From Octopus vulgaris (taxonomy: Eukaryota): a DNA stretch of 64,000 nt. The notes under the pieces were generated by a model that saw nothing but the letters and a program-made list of their open reading frames with translations, made no database searches and had not been told where the DNA came from. A program made the position numbers and the translations under genes. Positions 50,980-63,508 of the stretch are shown in pieces. The stretch is taken from contig OX597829.1 in assembly GCA_951406725.2 (NCBI GenBank), positions 33,232,001 through 33,296,000 of the forward strand, written 5' to 3'. Each line of letters starts with the position of its first letter. Position 1 is the first letter of the stretch.

Positions 50980-52960
50980 TATAGGGGTATCAAGCTGCTG
51001 GATCAGGTAATGAAGGTTACGGAGAGGGTTATAGCCCAACTAATTAGAGAGAGAGTTAGCCTAGATCAGATGCAGTTTGGGTTCGTGCCAGGGAAAAGTA
51101 CTACTGATGCTATTTTCATGGTAAGACAGCTGCAAGAGAAATACCTAGCCAAAGACAAGCCCCTATACCTGGCTTTTGTTGATATGGAGAAAGCCTTCGA
51201 CAGGGTCCCCTGATCCCTCATCTGGTGGTCAATGAGGAAACTAGGGATAGATGAATGGTTAGTGAAAGCTGTACAAGCCATGTACAGAGACGCTGCTAGT
51301 AAGGTGAGGGTTGGCACTGAGTACAGTGAAGAATTAAGGTAGAGGTTGGGGTCCACAAAGGTTCAGTCCTCAGTCCCCTCCTATTTATCATAGTCCTCCA
51401 GGCAATAACGGAGGAATTCAAGACAGGATGCCCCTGGGAGCTCCTCTATGCTGATGACCTTGCTCTAATTGCTGAGTCTCTATCAGAACTAGAGGAGAAG
51501 TTTCAGGTATGGAAACAAGGTTTAGAATCGAAGGGCCTTAGAATCAACCTAGCCAAAACCAAAGTCCTAATAAGTAGGAAGGTAGACCAATCACAAACGC
51601 CTTCAGGTAGATGGCCCTGCTCGATCTGTAGAAAAGGTGTAGGTAGAAACTCTATAAGATGCACCAAGTGTAAGCTATGGACACATAAGAGGTGCAGCAA
51701 TGTCAAAGGAAGGCTAACTAGGAAGATGGTTTTTGTATGTGGCAGATGCTCAGGAACAATTAACACTGAAAATGCTCTGAGACCAACTTCCGTCACTTTC
51801 CAGGGAGAAAAGCTAGAAGTAGTTGATAGTTTCCGTTACCTAGGTGACCAAGTCAGTAGCGGGGGCGGGTGCACTGAAAGTATAACTGCTAGAGTAAGAA
51901 TAGCCTGGGCAAAGTTTAGAGAGCTCTTACCCCTGCTGGTGACAAAAGGCCTCTCGCTCAAAGTAAAAGGCAGACTGTATGATGCATGTGTACGTACAGC
52001 CATGCTACATGGTAGTGAACCTAGGCTGTGACTGCTGAGGATTTGCGTAAGCTCGCAAGAAATGAATCTAGTATGCTCCGATGGATGTGTAACGTCAGTG
52101 TTCATAATCGACAGAGTGTAAGTACCTTGAGAGAAAAGTTGAACCTAAGAAGCATCAGTTGTTGTGTGCAAGAGAGACGTATGCGCTGGTATGGTCATGT
52201 GATGAGAATGGCTGAAGATAGTTGTGTGCGAAAGTGCCACACCCTGGCAGTTGAGGGGACCTGTGGAAGAGGTAGACCCAGGAAAACCTGGGTCGAGGCG
52301 GTGAAGCACGACCTTCGAACTTTAGGTCTCACCAAGGAAATGACCAGTGACCGAGACCTTTGGAAGTATGCTGTGCATGAGAAAACCCGGCAAGACCAGT
52401 GAGAACAGTCAAAATCAAATTCAAACCAAATTGAGGTTGATCAACATCAGGGCCCCCGTGCAGGTGACACGTAAAAGCACCATCCGTTCGTGGCCGTTTG
52501 CCAGCCCTGTCTGGCCCCCATGTCGGTGACATGTAAAAGCACCATCCGTTCGTGGACGTTTGCCAGCCCTGTCTGGCCCCCATGTCGGTGACATGTAAAA
52601 GCACCACCTGTTCATGTCCGTTGCCAGCCTCGCCTGGCCCCCGTGCCGGTGACACGTAAAAGCACCATCCGTTTCGTGGCCGTTTGCCAGCTCTGTCTGG
52701 CCCCCGTGTTGGTGGCACGTAAAAGCACCATCTGTTCGTGGCCGTTTGCCAGCTCTGTCTGGCACCTGTGCGGGTGGCACGTAAAAAGCACCCACTACAC
52801 TCATGGAGTGGTTGGCGTTAGGAAGGGCATCCAGCCGTAGAAACACTGCCAGATCTGACTGAGCCTGATGAAGCCTTCCAGCTTCACAGACCCCAGTTGA
52901 ACCGTCCAACCCATGCTAGCATGGAGAACGGACGCTAAATGATGATGATGATGATGATGA
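50980..52960 (+). mobile_element. Relatively young 5'-truncated RTE-clade LINE (RT, PHD-like finger, ~62-bp tandem 3'UTR units, (GAT)n tail)
   Basis: YRGIKLL, QFGFVPGKSTTDAIF, FVDMEKAFDRVP, GSVLSPLLF, YADD (51447-51458), FRYLG. One stop (51211) and frameshifts near 51338 and 52021. Confidence 0.95.
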
Positions 52961-52973
52961 CTACTGGTTGCAC

Positions 52974-53290
52974 CATCATCATCATCATTTAACGCCTGTT
53001 GTCCATGCTGGCATGGGTTGGACTGTTTGACCAGAGCTGGTAAGCTGGGAGGCTGCACCAAATTCCAGTCTGATTTGGCATGGTTTTCTACAGCTGGATA
53101 CCTTTCCTATTGCCAACCATCACAAGAGTGTAATGGGTGCTTTTATGTGCCACCTGCATGGGTGCCATTTGTGTGACAGCGGTATCTACCACAACTGTAA
53201 TTTTGCTTTAATAAGTCTTCTTGTCAAGCATGATATAATGCCAAAGGTCTTGGTCATTGGCTTTGTGAGGCCCAACTCTTGAAAGGAACG
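52974..53290 (-). mobile_element. RTE 3' tail copy, tail-to-tail with the 50980 element
   Basis: (CAT)n-ttaacgcctgttgtccatgctggcatgggttgga. Confidence 0.82.
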
Positions 53291-53496
53291 TGGTCACTGT
53301 CAACATTATAACATAATTCTAAGCCTCCAGAAACAGATGACCAATGTGTCGTAGCTTAATTTTTTGTGTCTTTGTACTCTGTATAAGTTTGCTCTGTTAA
53401 TATATATCTCTATATTTATACATGAATATTTTCAGTCTTTGTTTTCTCTCTATTTAAATGCATACCTGCATGTATATTTTATATATCGAGCCATAT

Positions 53497-55030
53497 ATAG
53501 TTGTAGATAGTTTCTGTTACCTAGGTGACCAGATTAGCAGTGCTGGAGGATGCTCTGAAAGTATTGTTTCTATAATAAGAATAGGGTGGAGGAAGTTCAG
53601 AAAGCTATTACCTCTGTTAGTAACAAAAGGACTCTCTCTCAGAGTGAAAAGTAGACTGAATGATGCCTGTGTGCCGATGGCTATACTCCATGAAAGTGAG
53701 ACATGGGCTCTGAATGCAAAAGACATGCGTAGACTGGAGAGAAATGAAGGTAGTATGCTCCATTGGACATGCAACATCAGTGTGCATGTATGAGAAAGTG
53801 CAAATGTATAGAGAGAAAAGTTGGGAATAAGAGAAATCAGGTGTAGCATGCAAGAGAGAAGACTACATTGGTTTGGACATGTGATGTGTATGAATGAGGT
53901 CAGCTGCATAAAGAAGTGCCGATCACTGAAAGTGGATGGTACCTGTGGAAGAGGGAGACCCAGAAAGATGTTGGATGAAGTGATAAAGATGTTAGGATGT
54001 TGGGTCTCATGGAGGAAATGACAATGGACTGAGATGTCTGGTGATATGAGGTTCTTGAGAAGACCTGTCCACATCAGTGAAACTGAGTTCTAGAAGCACT
54101 GTGTGTGCCACCTACACTTAACAAGAAAACTTTTCACACACCTTACCACAACAAACCAAACTACATCTCTTCTCTTCCTTACATTTCTACTTCATGCACT
54201 ATGCTTACCTCCCACTTCCCAATCCTGTCCTCTTGGCCCTGTCTCACTGATTATTGCTATCTGCAAGCCCCCAACCTGTGTGTTTCACCCACACGTAACA
54301 AGAAAACTTTTCACAAACCCTACCTAACAAACCAATCTACATCTCTTCTCTTCCTCACATTTCCTCCTTCATGCACTATGCTTACCTCTCACTCCCCAAT
54401 CCTGTCCTCACGGCCCTGTTTCTCTGTATAATTGCTATCTGCTAGCCCCCCCACGACCACTCTATATATATCCAGGTTTTCACCACTTCCCCTCAGCACT
54501 CTGAAATCACACTTCTTTGGCAATATCCTGCCATTTATATTATGACCTTCAAACCTCAAGGATATGCCCCTGGCACTTGCCACCATCTATATTTCTCTCT
54601 GCTTTTACTTGACCATCCCTGTCCCTTGTGAGTATGCCCAGCACTTTGCTACCATCTCTGTCCTGCTTTCTTCCATTCTCTCTCTCCTTCTCTTGCACTC
54701 CTCCAATGCCCCCTCCCCACTCAAAAAAGATTTTTGTCAGTGCTGGTGCCACCTAAAAACACCTGGTCCACACTGTAAAGTGGTTGGTGTTTGGAAGGGC
54801 TTCCAGATGTAAAAACCTTGCAAAACTGACCTCATTTGTGCTTGTGCCATGTAAAAAGCGCTAAGCCCACTCTGCAGGGTGGTTGGTGTTAGGAAGGGCA
54901 TCCATCTGTAAAAATCTTACCAAAACAGTCACAGAAGTCTGGTGCAGGCTTCTGCCTGGCCAGTACCTGTCAAATTGTCCCACCCATGCCAACATGGAAA
55001 GCAGATGTTAAATAATGATGATGATGATAA
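53497..55030 (+). mobile_element. Old RTE subfamily 3' portion, including a ~180-bp tandem duplication (about 54105-54275 / 54285-54450)
   Basis: VVDSFCYLGD...RIGWRKFRKLLPLL...GRGRPRK followed by a long UTR and tail. Confidence 0.85.
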
Positions 55031-55254
55031 TAATTATGACATATCTATGTATCTAATGTATTCATATTTCTATGTCTGAACTCTTATACTGTATTTATCC
55101 AGTGACTTATTCATGGATGTGCACACAACACCCAACTGAACTGAAACTATCCACCTTTATTTCTAAAACTAAGGATAATAACATTCTTATCTAGTAAGCC
55201 ACTAACACATGTAAAATAGTCAATAAAATTAAAGGATAAGAATTGCATCATTAC

Positions 55255-55353
55255 CTTTGAGAATTTCAGACAATCTTTTTCATTTTCATCATTAATATCA
55301 AAGTCATACAAGGCCTTCACTTGGGGCACAGTTGAATTAAAATTATTAACCAC
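55255..55353 (-). CDS. SH3RF1: SH3RF1/POSH exon (SH3-2 N-terminal half)
   Basis: ag|VVNNFNSTVPQVKALYDFDINDENEKDCLKFSK|gtaatg. Confidence 0.95.
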
Positions 55354-55626
55354 CTAAATGTTGTAGAAACAAAAATACATTTATAAAATTACATAGTAAA
55401 ATAAAATTTTTATATTATAAACAGAGTACTTGGCAAAGAAATATTCTCTCAGCAAGCTATGTGATGCAATGTAACTATAATGAATTCAAATAGTAGGACT
55501 AGAAATAGGTTTCATCTCACCCTCTCAAAAGGGTGCTATCATGTGAAGTATAAATATAAAATAACACACACACACAATAAAATAATGCACACATACAATA
55601 AAATATATACAAAATATGATATAGTG

Positions 55627-55701
55627 TGTAATATCATCATCATCATCGTTTAACGTCCGTTTTCTGCGCTAAACGATGATGATGATGATGATGATATTAC
55701 A
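55627..55701. repeat. Mini foldback made of two RTE extreme 3' ends in opposite orientation
   Basis: tgtaat(atc)n-gttt-aacgtccgttttctgcgct-aaac(gat)n-attaca. Confidence 0.8.
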
Positions 55702-56145
55702 TCATCAATATATATTCTAATATGTTAAGAAATGATCATTTATTATGGAACCCATTCATTTCAGTAATAGATCCTGTCCATCCACTGCACAAGAATACTA
55801 GAAATAGCAGCCAAGTCTCAAATTACACTCAGATGTATTTAAGAATGAAATGATAGATGGGATAAAACAATCCCAGATATACAAAAGGGCCATAGTCATG
55901 TTGAAAACAGCTTTGATCAAGGGTCTGCTCAATCAGGACTACCTACAAGCTAAGTAGCAACACTATCACCAGAGAAAGACGTGCTGGATAATTCAGTCTG
56001 GGAAACTATATGTGAATAACAGATGGATTGGTTACAGTTGGAACATTTCTGACTGAAGGGCTGCTTGGTCAGGGCTTGTGTGGAGCAAAACAATAAAAAC
56101 AACATGAGGCACAAGAAAAGAATTCTTAAAGGTAACTCAACTAAC

Positions 56146-56260
56146 CTGGACATAACTGGATGGAAAATAGCCTTCTTGACCATCAAGTTTCCCATGGTAC
56201 CAATTTTGATCAACTTGGTGGCAAATTGTAATTATATCACCCTTTTTAAATGACAAGTCT
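56146..56260 (-). CDS. SH3RF1: SH3RF1/POSH exon (SH3-1 C-terminal part)
   Basis: cag|A-DLSFKKGDIITICHQVDQNWYHGKLDGQEGYFPSSYVQ|gttag. Confidence 0.95.
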
Positions 56261-56879
56261 CTGAAAAAAGAAAGAAAAAAAATTCAAAATAAAAAAAAAT
56301 CATTTAAATGATTAATAAATATGATTAAGAATTTCACTTGGCCATCATGAGAACACAACCACGATCCCACTGGGAAGAAAATTGGTCATGCTTCTTTGAC
56401 TAAAATTTTGGATGGACTGCAACTTCAGTTTTGCAGCCTGACTGATAGTGACATGCTAGAAATAAACTTCTTGGTACACAGCCATGCACACATATACAAA
56501 TGCTCAAACACATGATGATGGTGATGATAATTCTTTGTATAATCCAAACAATAAGAAAACAAAGAAATTCTTTAACACATTTTTAATGATTCGTTACAAT
56601 TGTTTCTGTACCAACTCTACTTGCAATGCCAGTTTACACAAAAATTTGAAGTGAAAATTTATGTAATGTTTGCAGTTCTAGACATTAAAGCTGCACTTTA
56701 TGGGACTTGCATCAAAGCTGTCACCTTGTGTGTCTTTCAGATACTGAATTTTTGGTTTATATGAGGAGGAAACAAAAAGTAAATAAAAGTGTGGTTATGG
56801 GATGGGTAAGTAGAGTAGAGATTATGGCGGGAATGAGGAGTAGGAAGAGATGAAGAAGAAGCAACAGCTAATAACATAA

Positions 56880-57042
56880 GGCGTAGGAGTGGCTGTGTGG
56901 TAAGTAGCTTGCTTACCAACCACATGGTTCCAGGTTCAGTCCCACTGCGTGGCACCTTGGCCAAGTGTCTTCTACTATAGCTTCGGGCCGACCAAAGCCT
57001 TGTGAGTGGATTTGGTAGACGGAAACTGAAAGAAGCCCGTCG

Positions 57043-57090
<48 letters not shown>

Positions 57091-57325
57091 TGTGTGTGTG
57101 TGTATGTGAATGCGTTTGTGTGTCTGTCTTTGCCCCCCAACATCGCTTGACAACCGATGCTGGTGTGTTTTCGTCCCCGTAACTTAGCGGTTCGGCAAAA
57201 AGAGACCGATAGAATAAGTACTAGGCTTACAAAGAATAAGTCCTGGGGTCGATTTGCTCGACTAAAGGCGGTGCTCCAGCATGGCCACAGTCAAATGACT
57301 GAAACAAGTAAAAGAGTAAAAGAGA
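56880..57325 (+). mobile_element. Full-length SINE family B (tRNA-like head, internal (TA)/(TG) microsatellite, short repeat tail)
   Basis: A-box-like TGGCTGTGTGG and B-box-like GGTTCAGTCCC; many partial copies occur in the window. Confidence 0.9.
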
Positions 57326-57692
57326 GTAACACTAAAAAATTAGGTAACTGGTTGGTCAGCAAAACCATGTCACTGGCACCAAATTTCATTTGATGGGTGA
57401 AAATTTATTTGACAAGACATTCACCAGCAACAACAATGGAAAGTGAAAAAGCAATTCAACTGATAACTGACAATTGTTCAGGAATAAAAAAAATAATGAG
57501 GATACATGTGATATTTGTGGTGGGGAAGTAGTATAGTAAGTGGTAGGATAATGTAAATCACCTACTAGCTAGCATACCTTTTCTGTGAGCTTAGAGTGTG
57601 TATGCAAGGGAAAAGAAATGCAAAAAATGAAAAAGAGGGGGAAATCTAATAGTGGGAGGTGTGCCTTAAAAAGTTAAAGCAGAAAGAATTGT

Positions 57693-58015
57693 GTCGGTGG
57701 CACGTAAAAAGCACCATCCGAATCGTGGCCGAAGCCAGTGCCGCCTTGACTGGCTTCCGAGCAGGTGGCACGTAAAATGCACCAATCCGACCGTGGCCGA
57801 TGCCAGCCTCGCCTGGCACCAGTGCAGGTGGCACATAAAAAGCACCCACTACACTCACGGAGTGTTTGGCGTTAGGAAGGGCATCCAGCTGTAGAAACAT
57901 TGCCAGATAAGACCGGAGCCTGGTGCAGCCTTCTGGCTTCCCAGATCCCCGGTCGATCCGTCCAACCCATGCTAGCATGGAGAACGGACGTTAAACGATG
58001 ATGATGATGATGATG
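57693..58015 (+). mobile_element. RTE 3'UTR/tail copy
   Basis: Near-identical to 2550-2866. Confidence 0.9.
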
Positions 58016-59067
58016 AATTCAGAGTTTGATTGAAAAGTGGTCAGGAGAATTATAAACTATGTTAGTTTGAACAAATATGGCTTAGGTGAATTGAAGATAT
58101 ATAAATAGATAGAGAAAATATAGAGGAACCAAATGTAGAAACTATGAATAAATAAATGTATAGATTGAGAATTAATACTTAACAAGTAATACATAAATAA
58201 CAGCTGTATGAAGGCTACTGAGGTTAAAATATATTGTATTCCATTTGTATTATCATATTTGGATTATAATTTACTCTTTGCCAAATCTACATTATGGTGT
58301 GACCATTGTGAAACCAAAATTTTCTACACTTGAAAAATTCTGGGATTGGTCTGGAACCCCCCAGTGTCAATAGCCTAGTATTTGGGTTGAGTGCTTCTCT
58401 GGATATATCCTACCTATATACCCTATAAGGACCTAAGGTATAATTCTTTTCATTATTTTAAAATTGGTTCTCAAATTACATAGGAAATTTGAAAAGAAAC
58501 AGTCAATCCAGAAGGGATTTTCAATCCAATATTTACATTCTATTATTTATAGCTTGATACGTACTTTGAGAACCAATTAAAAAGAAAGAAAGAAAGAAAG
58601 AAAAAAGAATTATTGAAGAACTGCCACTCTAATACTGAAGGCTACTGCATATATTACACAAATTTTCACATGGAACTTTTGCGTAAACTGACAAGGAAAG
58701 CAGAGTTTGTAATAAAACAATTGTAACTGGTCATTAAGAATGTGAAAAACACTTTCTTTTGACTACCATCATTTAGTGTCCATTTTGTACAGATTTGATG
58801 TAGCTGGCAAGTCAGAGGACTGCACCAGGTTCCACTTGTCTGTTTTGGCAGAGTTTCTACAGCTGGTTGCCATTCTTGCATGCTGTTTTTGGATGGGTTG
58901 TATACGCTGCCAGCACAAGTGCTTTTTTTTTTTTTATGTGGTGTAGGAAAGGGTGCTTTTTATGTGGTACCAGTACCTGCTAGGTCGACTCTGTTGCCAG
59001 GGACAGGGATAGCTGTCTTATTATAGAGGAGATACTTGGCTACACCAGTAGGACAACAAAGTGGAAG

Positions 59068-59128
<61 letters not shown>

Positions 59129-60544
59129 AGGCTTACTCATAGTAAATGGGGGAGTATAAGTAGCACAGATGAAATAGAGTGTGAGGGGGAGATATTTAGA
59201 GATAGCAAGTGCAGTTGAGAGGAACTGGCGGAATCTGCAGGGGGTAGTGGGGTTTTGGGGAAATGGGCTGTGGGTGAGTTTTACCAGAGGACAGAATTGT
59301 GTGTGATGAGAAGGGGTTGGACAAACACACACACACACACATGCACAGGGATATGACTGTGCCATTAACAAGTGTTTTCTACGAGAGCCACAGGATGAAA
59401 AATGATGTATGAATGAATTTGACAGCCGGAAATTGCACAAAGTTCATTGTGTGTGGGTGTGTGTGTGTGTGTGTGTGTGTATCTGTCTGTCTGTAGCCTG
59501 GGCCAGTTTTCTACCTGGTCGGCTCCTATCAACAGTCTTACCCATGCATGCATGGAAGACAGACATTTAACAATGATGATGTGCTTGCATGAAAAAAAAA
59601 TCGCTGATTGTGTTGTCAGTAATCATTTTCCTCACAAAAACAATTAGCCATTGCTTTGCACTTTCAAAAATAAGTGGAATGAAAAAAACCCTTTCTTGAT
59701 AAAGAGGTAAGGGTTAGTAGCGCTGATGTCACTGTTTGTAGTTGCTATGCAAATAGTGGTGTCAAGGTCTGCTGCTGTAGCTCAGTAGTTTTGTAAACTT
59801 TCACATGCACACTCACTTATACAAATGTACATATACATATGTGTATATATTACTTGAGACACAATACATGTTTTTGTGTGCTTCTAATAGTTTCTTGTGC
59901 TGTGAATATGCCAAATAATGAATTATAACATGTGTAACATCTTCACAGTCATCAGACACAAACCACATAGCATAATGAACTAAAAACTGAATGAGAGAAG
60001 AAACATTGAAAAGTCCAACTGTGCAGAACTTTGGACAAAGGCTTTCTACTAGAGCCATAAGCTGAAAAATGATGAATGAATAAATCTGATAGCTGGAAAC
60101 TGTACAAAGCTCATTGTGTGTGTGTTTATTTATAGATATAGGTAAGTCTACATAAAAATACACATACATTCACAAACGTGTGTGTATGTGTGTGTATATA
60201 TATAGCACTAATAAAATAAGATTATGAGGCAAGAAGTAGACAAATAATTTGAAAAAGGGCTACTAAAAGTTTCATGCTGTAGAGATACAATAATTGTGTC
60301 TCCAAGTAATCTTTCAGGCCTAGTGCATATTGTTAGACCTATTTGAAAACCAGGATGCTGGTCTATGAGAAAACAGGAGAAAAAATAACATGAAGAAGGT
60401 TGATGTAAAGAGGGTGAAAATCTTGGTTTTTACTTTTTTTCTTCTTCTTGTTCCATCTATACATATACATATTTATATTCATGCACATGCACACACACAT
60501 ACATATCCATCATCAACTAACATCATATATGTGTGTGTATAGTA

Positions 60545-60915
60545 GCAGGCATGGTTGTGTGGTAAGAGGTTTGCTTCCCAACCACATGTCTCCAGGTTCA
60601 GCCCCATTGGGCAAGTGTCAACCAAAGATTTGTGAGAGGATTTGGTAGACAGAAACTGAAAGAAGCACATTGTATAGATAAAGATATGCATATGTCTATG
60701 TGTCTTTGTGTCTGTGTTTGTGTCCCAGCACTGCTTGACAACAGATGTTAGTGTGTTTTAGTCCCCGTAACTAAGCACTTCAGCAAGAGACCGACAGAAT
60801 AAGTACTAGGCTTTAAAAGATAAGCCCTGGGGTCGATTTGTTTGACTAAAACCATTCAAAGCAGTGCCCCGGCATGGCCACAGATAAATGACTGAAACAA
60901 GTAAAGATAAAAGAT
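60545..60915 (+). mobile_element. SINE family B
   Basis: Homologous to 56880-57325. Confidence 0.85.
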
Positions 60916-60933
60916 ATATACACACACATAAGG

Positions 60934-61258
60934 CATCATCATCATCATCGTTTAACGTCCGTTTTCCATGCTAGCATGGGTTGGACAGTTCAACTTGGGT
61001 CTGCGAAGCCAGAAGGCTGCACCAGGCCCAGTCTGATCTGGCAGTGTTTCAACAGCTGGATGCCCTTCCTAACACCAACCACTCCGAGAGTGTAGTGGGT
61101 GCTTTTTATGTGCCACCTGCACAGGTGCCAGACGAGGCTGGCAAACGGCCACAATCGAATGGTGCTTTTTACGTGCCACCGGCACAGAGGCCAGTCGGAG
61201 CAGCGCTCGCAATGGCCACATTCGGATGGTTCTCTTATGTGCCACTGGCACTAGCATC
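60934..61258 (-). mobile_element. RTE 3'UTR/tail copy
   Basis: Reverse complement of the standard tail with tandem units. Confidence 0.88.
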
Positions 61259-61534
61259 TCAGAATAATAATACTAATACTACTACTACTAATAATAATAA
61301 TAATCCTTTCTATTATAAGTACAAGACCTGAAATTTTGCAGGATGGAGTAAGACAATCACATCGACCCAGGTACTTGACTGATACTTAATTTATCGACCC
61401 CTAGAAGAATGAAAGGCAAAGTCAACCACGACAGAATTTGAACTCAGAACGTAAAGAAGGATGAAATGCCACCGAGCATTTTGCCCAAGGTGGTAATAAT
61501 TTTGTCAGCTTGTCACCTTAATAATAATAATAAT

Positions 61535-62150
61535 AAGACTGAGATGCATCATGGAGGTGGCTCAACAAGGGTGACCTAAAAAAGAATACTGAAAGCCTAA
61601 TCATCGCTGCATTTCAGGCATTGAAAAAGAATATATACCACACAAGTGCATTGGCCCTCTGCAGAGTGTGTGGGAAGAGGGTCGAAAGTGTGACTCACAT
61701 TGTTAGTGCTTGTGAAAGTCTTGCACAGAAACAGTACAAGTGTAAACACGACAAGGTAGCCGAAAACTACCACTGGCTACTATGGATATGAGGTTACAGA
61801 TGCTTGGTACCAACATACACCGGAAAAGGTAATGGACGAAAAGGAGAAGGTAAAAATCCTCTGGGACTTTGATTTCCAGACAGACAAGGTGTTAGAGCAC
61901 CAAAGGCCAGATATAGTAAATTTTAGGAGGAACAAATGAGAGTGCCTAATAATTGATGTGGCAGTGCCAGGAGATCAACATATCGTCATGAAAGAAAGAG
62001 AAAAGGTTGATAAATATGGAGATCTGAGAATTGAGATCGCTAAGATGTGGTAGCTACGAGAGAGTTGAACATAAAGGTTATCCCTGTTGTCATTGGAGCA
62101 TTGGGTTCAGTACCACCCAATCTGAAAACTTTAGAAATACCCTACAATCT
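61535..62150 (+). mobile_element. Dong/R4-like LINE 3' fragment following (TAA)n
   Basis: CRVCGKRVESVTHIVSAC (CCHC), KILWDFDFQTDKVLEHQRPDIV, IIDVAVPGD; same family as 29900-31620. Confidence 0.88.
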
Positions 62151-63308
62151 TGTGTTTTCACAGCATTGTATGCATGAAACTAATAGTAGCTTGTATTTAA
62201 GTTACTGTCTATATTAAATGATATTTACCTTTCTTTGGTTGATCCCACTAACAGTGGAATAATAATACAAACACATACAAAAACACGCACACATATACAT
62301 CTATAAATATACACATATCTTTTACCTTTCACTTGTTTCTGTCATTGGACTGCAGCCATGTTGGGGCACTGCCTTGAAGGGCTCAGTTGACCAAATTGGC
62401 CCCAGTAGTTACTTTTTAAGAACGGAACTTATTCAGTCTCTTTTTGCCAACCAAAGTTGCAGGGACGACATAAACAAGCCAACATATATACATATATTTC
62501 ACGATTTTAATTCAGCATTCATCACAATTGTCTGACAAATAGGAATGTGAAACTCTGAGTAATAGTCTTGTGAAGATAACAGTGGGATAACAATAAATGT
62601 CTTGCTATAGAGGAGATACTTGGCTTCTCATGTAGGAATAGAAGGGAGAGGAAGGAGAGATAGAGTTAGAGAGAAATATGGAAACAGAGTAAAGGAGACA
62701 GAAATAGAAATACATGGTGTTGGAGATGCATCAGTGGTGGTGGGGAGACGATACACCACCCACAAGGTATAGTGGAATGTCTTTAAGAGTGCAAAGGAGA
62801 GATGTTTAGAGCTGGGAAAGAGGTAATTGAAGCAAGTGATGGTGAGAAATATTGGAGTGGCTGAGAATGGAGGCATGGCAGAGATATGAGGACATATGGA
62901 GTATGCAGGAAGGCATGTGAAGGAGAGTGGAGGGACCTGCAACAGGTGGTGATCATGGATGAGGTAAGAGGTGTTGGGAAGAACAGTTGTGGGGGAATTT
63001 TGACAGGAGACAGATTGTGTATGTGTGTGTGTGTGGTGGGGAGTGCATGGTTGTAAAAGACATGTCTGTATATATGGCCTTGATTTTACTTAGCTTGATA
63101 TGTAGTTTCAAGCACAGCAAATTGCCAGATGTCAAGGTCCCTTGCCATCTCCCATATAAATATATATAAAATGTTATTATAAAAACCATGATTCTTGTTA
63201 CATACAGGTGCCCAGGGTTTCCTGGTCAAAACAATAATTTATTTCACTGTTTTTCAAACAGACAACGAAACCGTATGTAACAATTGTGGTTTTATTATAA
63301 CTTTATCT

Positions 63309-63508
63309 AAGGTGGTGAACTGGCAGAATTGTTAGCACGCTGGATGAAATGCTTAGTGGTATTTTGCCCATTGCTATGTTCTGAGTTCAAATTCTGCCAA
63401 GGTTGATTTTTGCCTTTCATCCTTTCAGGGTAGATTAAATAAGTACCAGTTATGCACTGAGGTAATCCCTTTCCTCAAATTTGAGGCTTTGTGCTTCCAG
63501 TAGAAAGG
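63309..63508 (+). mobile_element. tRNA-like SINE family A variant with a 15-bp TSD
   Basis: attataactttatct at 63294-63308 and 63509-63523. Confidence 0.85.

Larger units (their letters stand above)
25956..56260 (-). other. SH3RF1: SH3RF1/POSH-family gene span (E3 ubiquitin ligase, RING plus 4 SH3); ten 3' coding exons in the window, 5' RING exons not found
   Basis: All ten exons have GT-AG boundaries and compatible phases, giving one open 2134-nt frame with four SH3 domains. It contains KALYDFDINDENEKDCL (POSH SH3-2 signature), KRHSF and RRSLELSP. Confidence 0.92.

Noticed and set aside
52450-52800. Repeat-spacer-like array resembling CRISPR
   Set aside because: The spacers are homologous to each other, the array lies in an RTE 3'UTR of a eukaryote, and there are no cas genes.
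56590-56716. Hammerhead-like GAAAC-AATT-GTA on the minus strand (similar relics near 32890-32925 and 63880-63915)
   Set aside because: The CUGANGA core or helix I is broken; treated as decayed relics rather than ribozymes.
56880-56950. tRNA-like sequence
   Set aside because: It is the head of a multi-copy SINE and no complete cloverleaf is evident.
62229-62247. Possible 19-nt minus-strand micro-exon upstream of POSH exon 56260
   Set aside because: The phase fits, but it does not encode the expected ALYxY start of SH3-1; the true upstream exon is probably outside the window.
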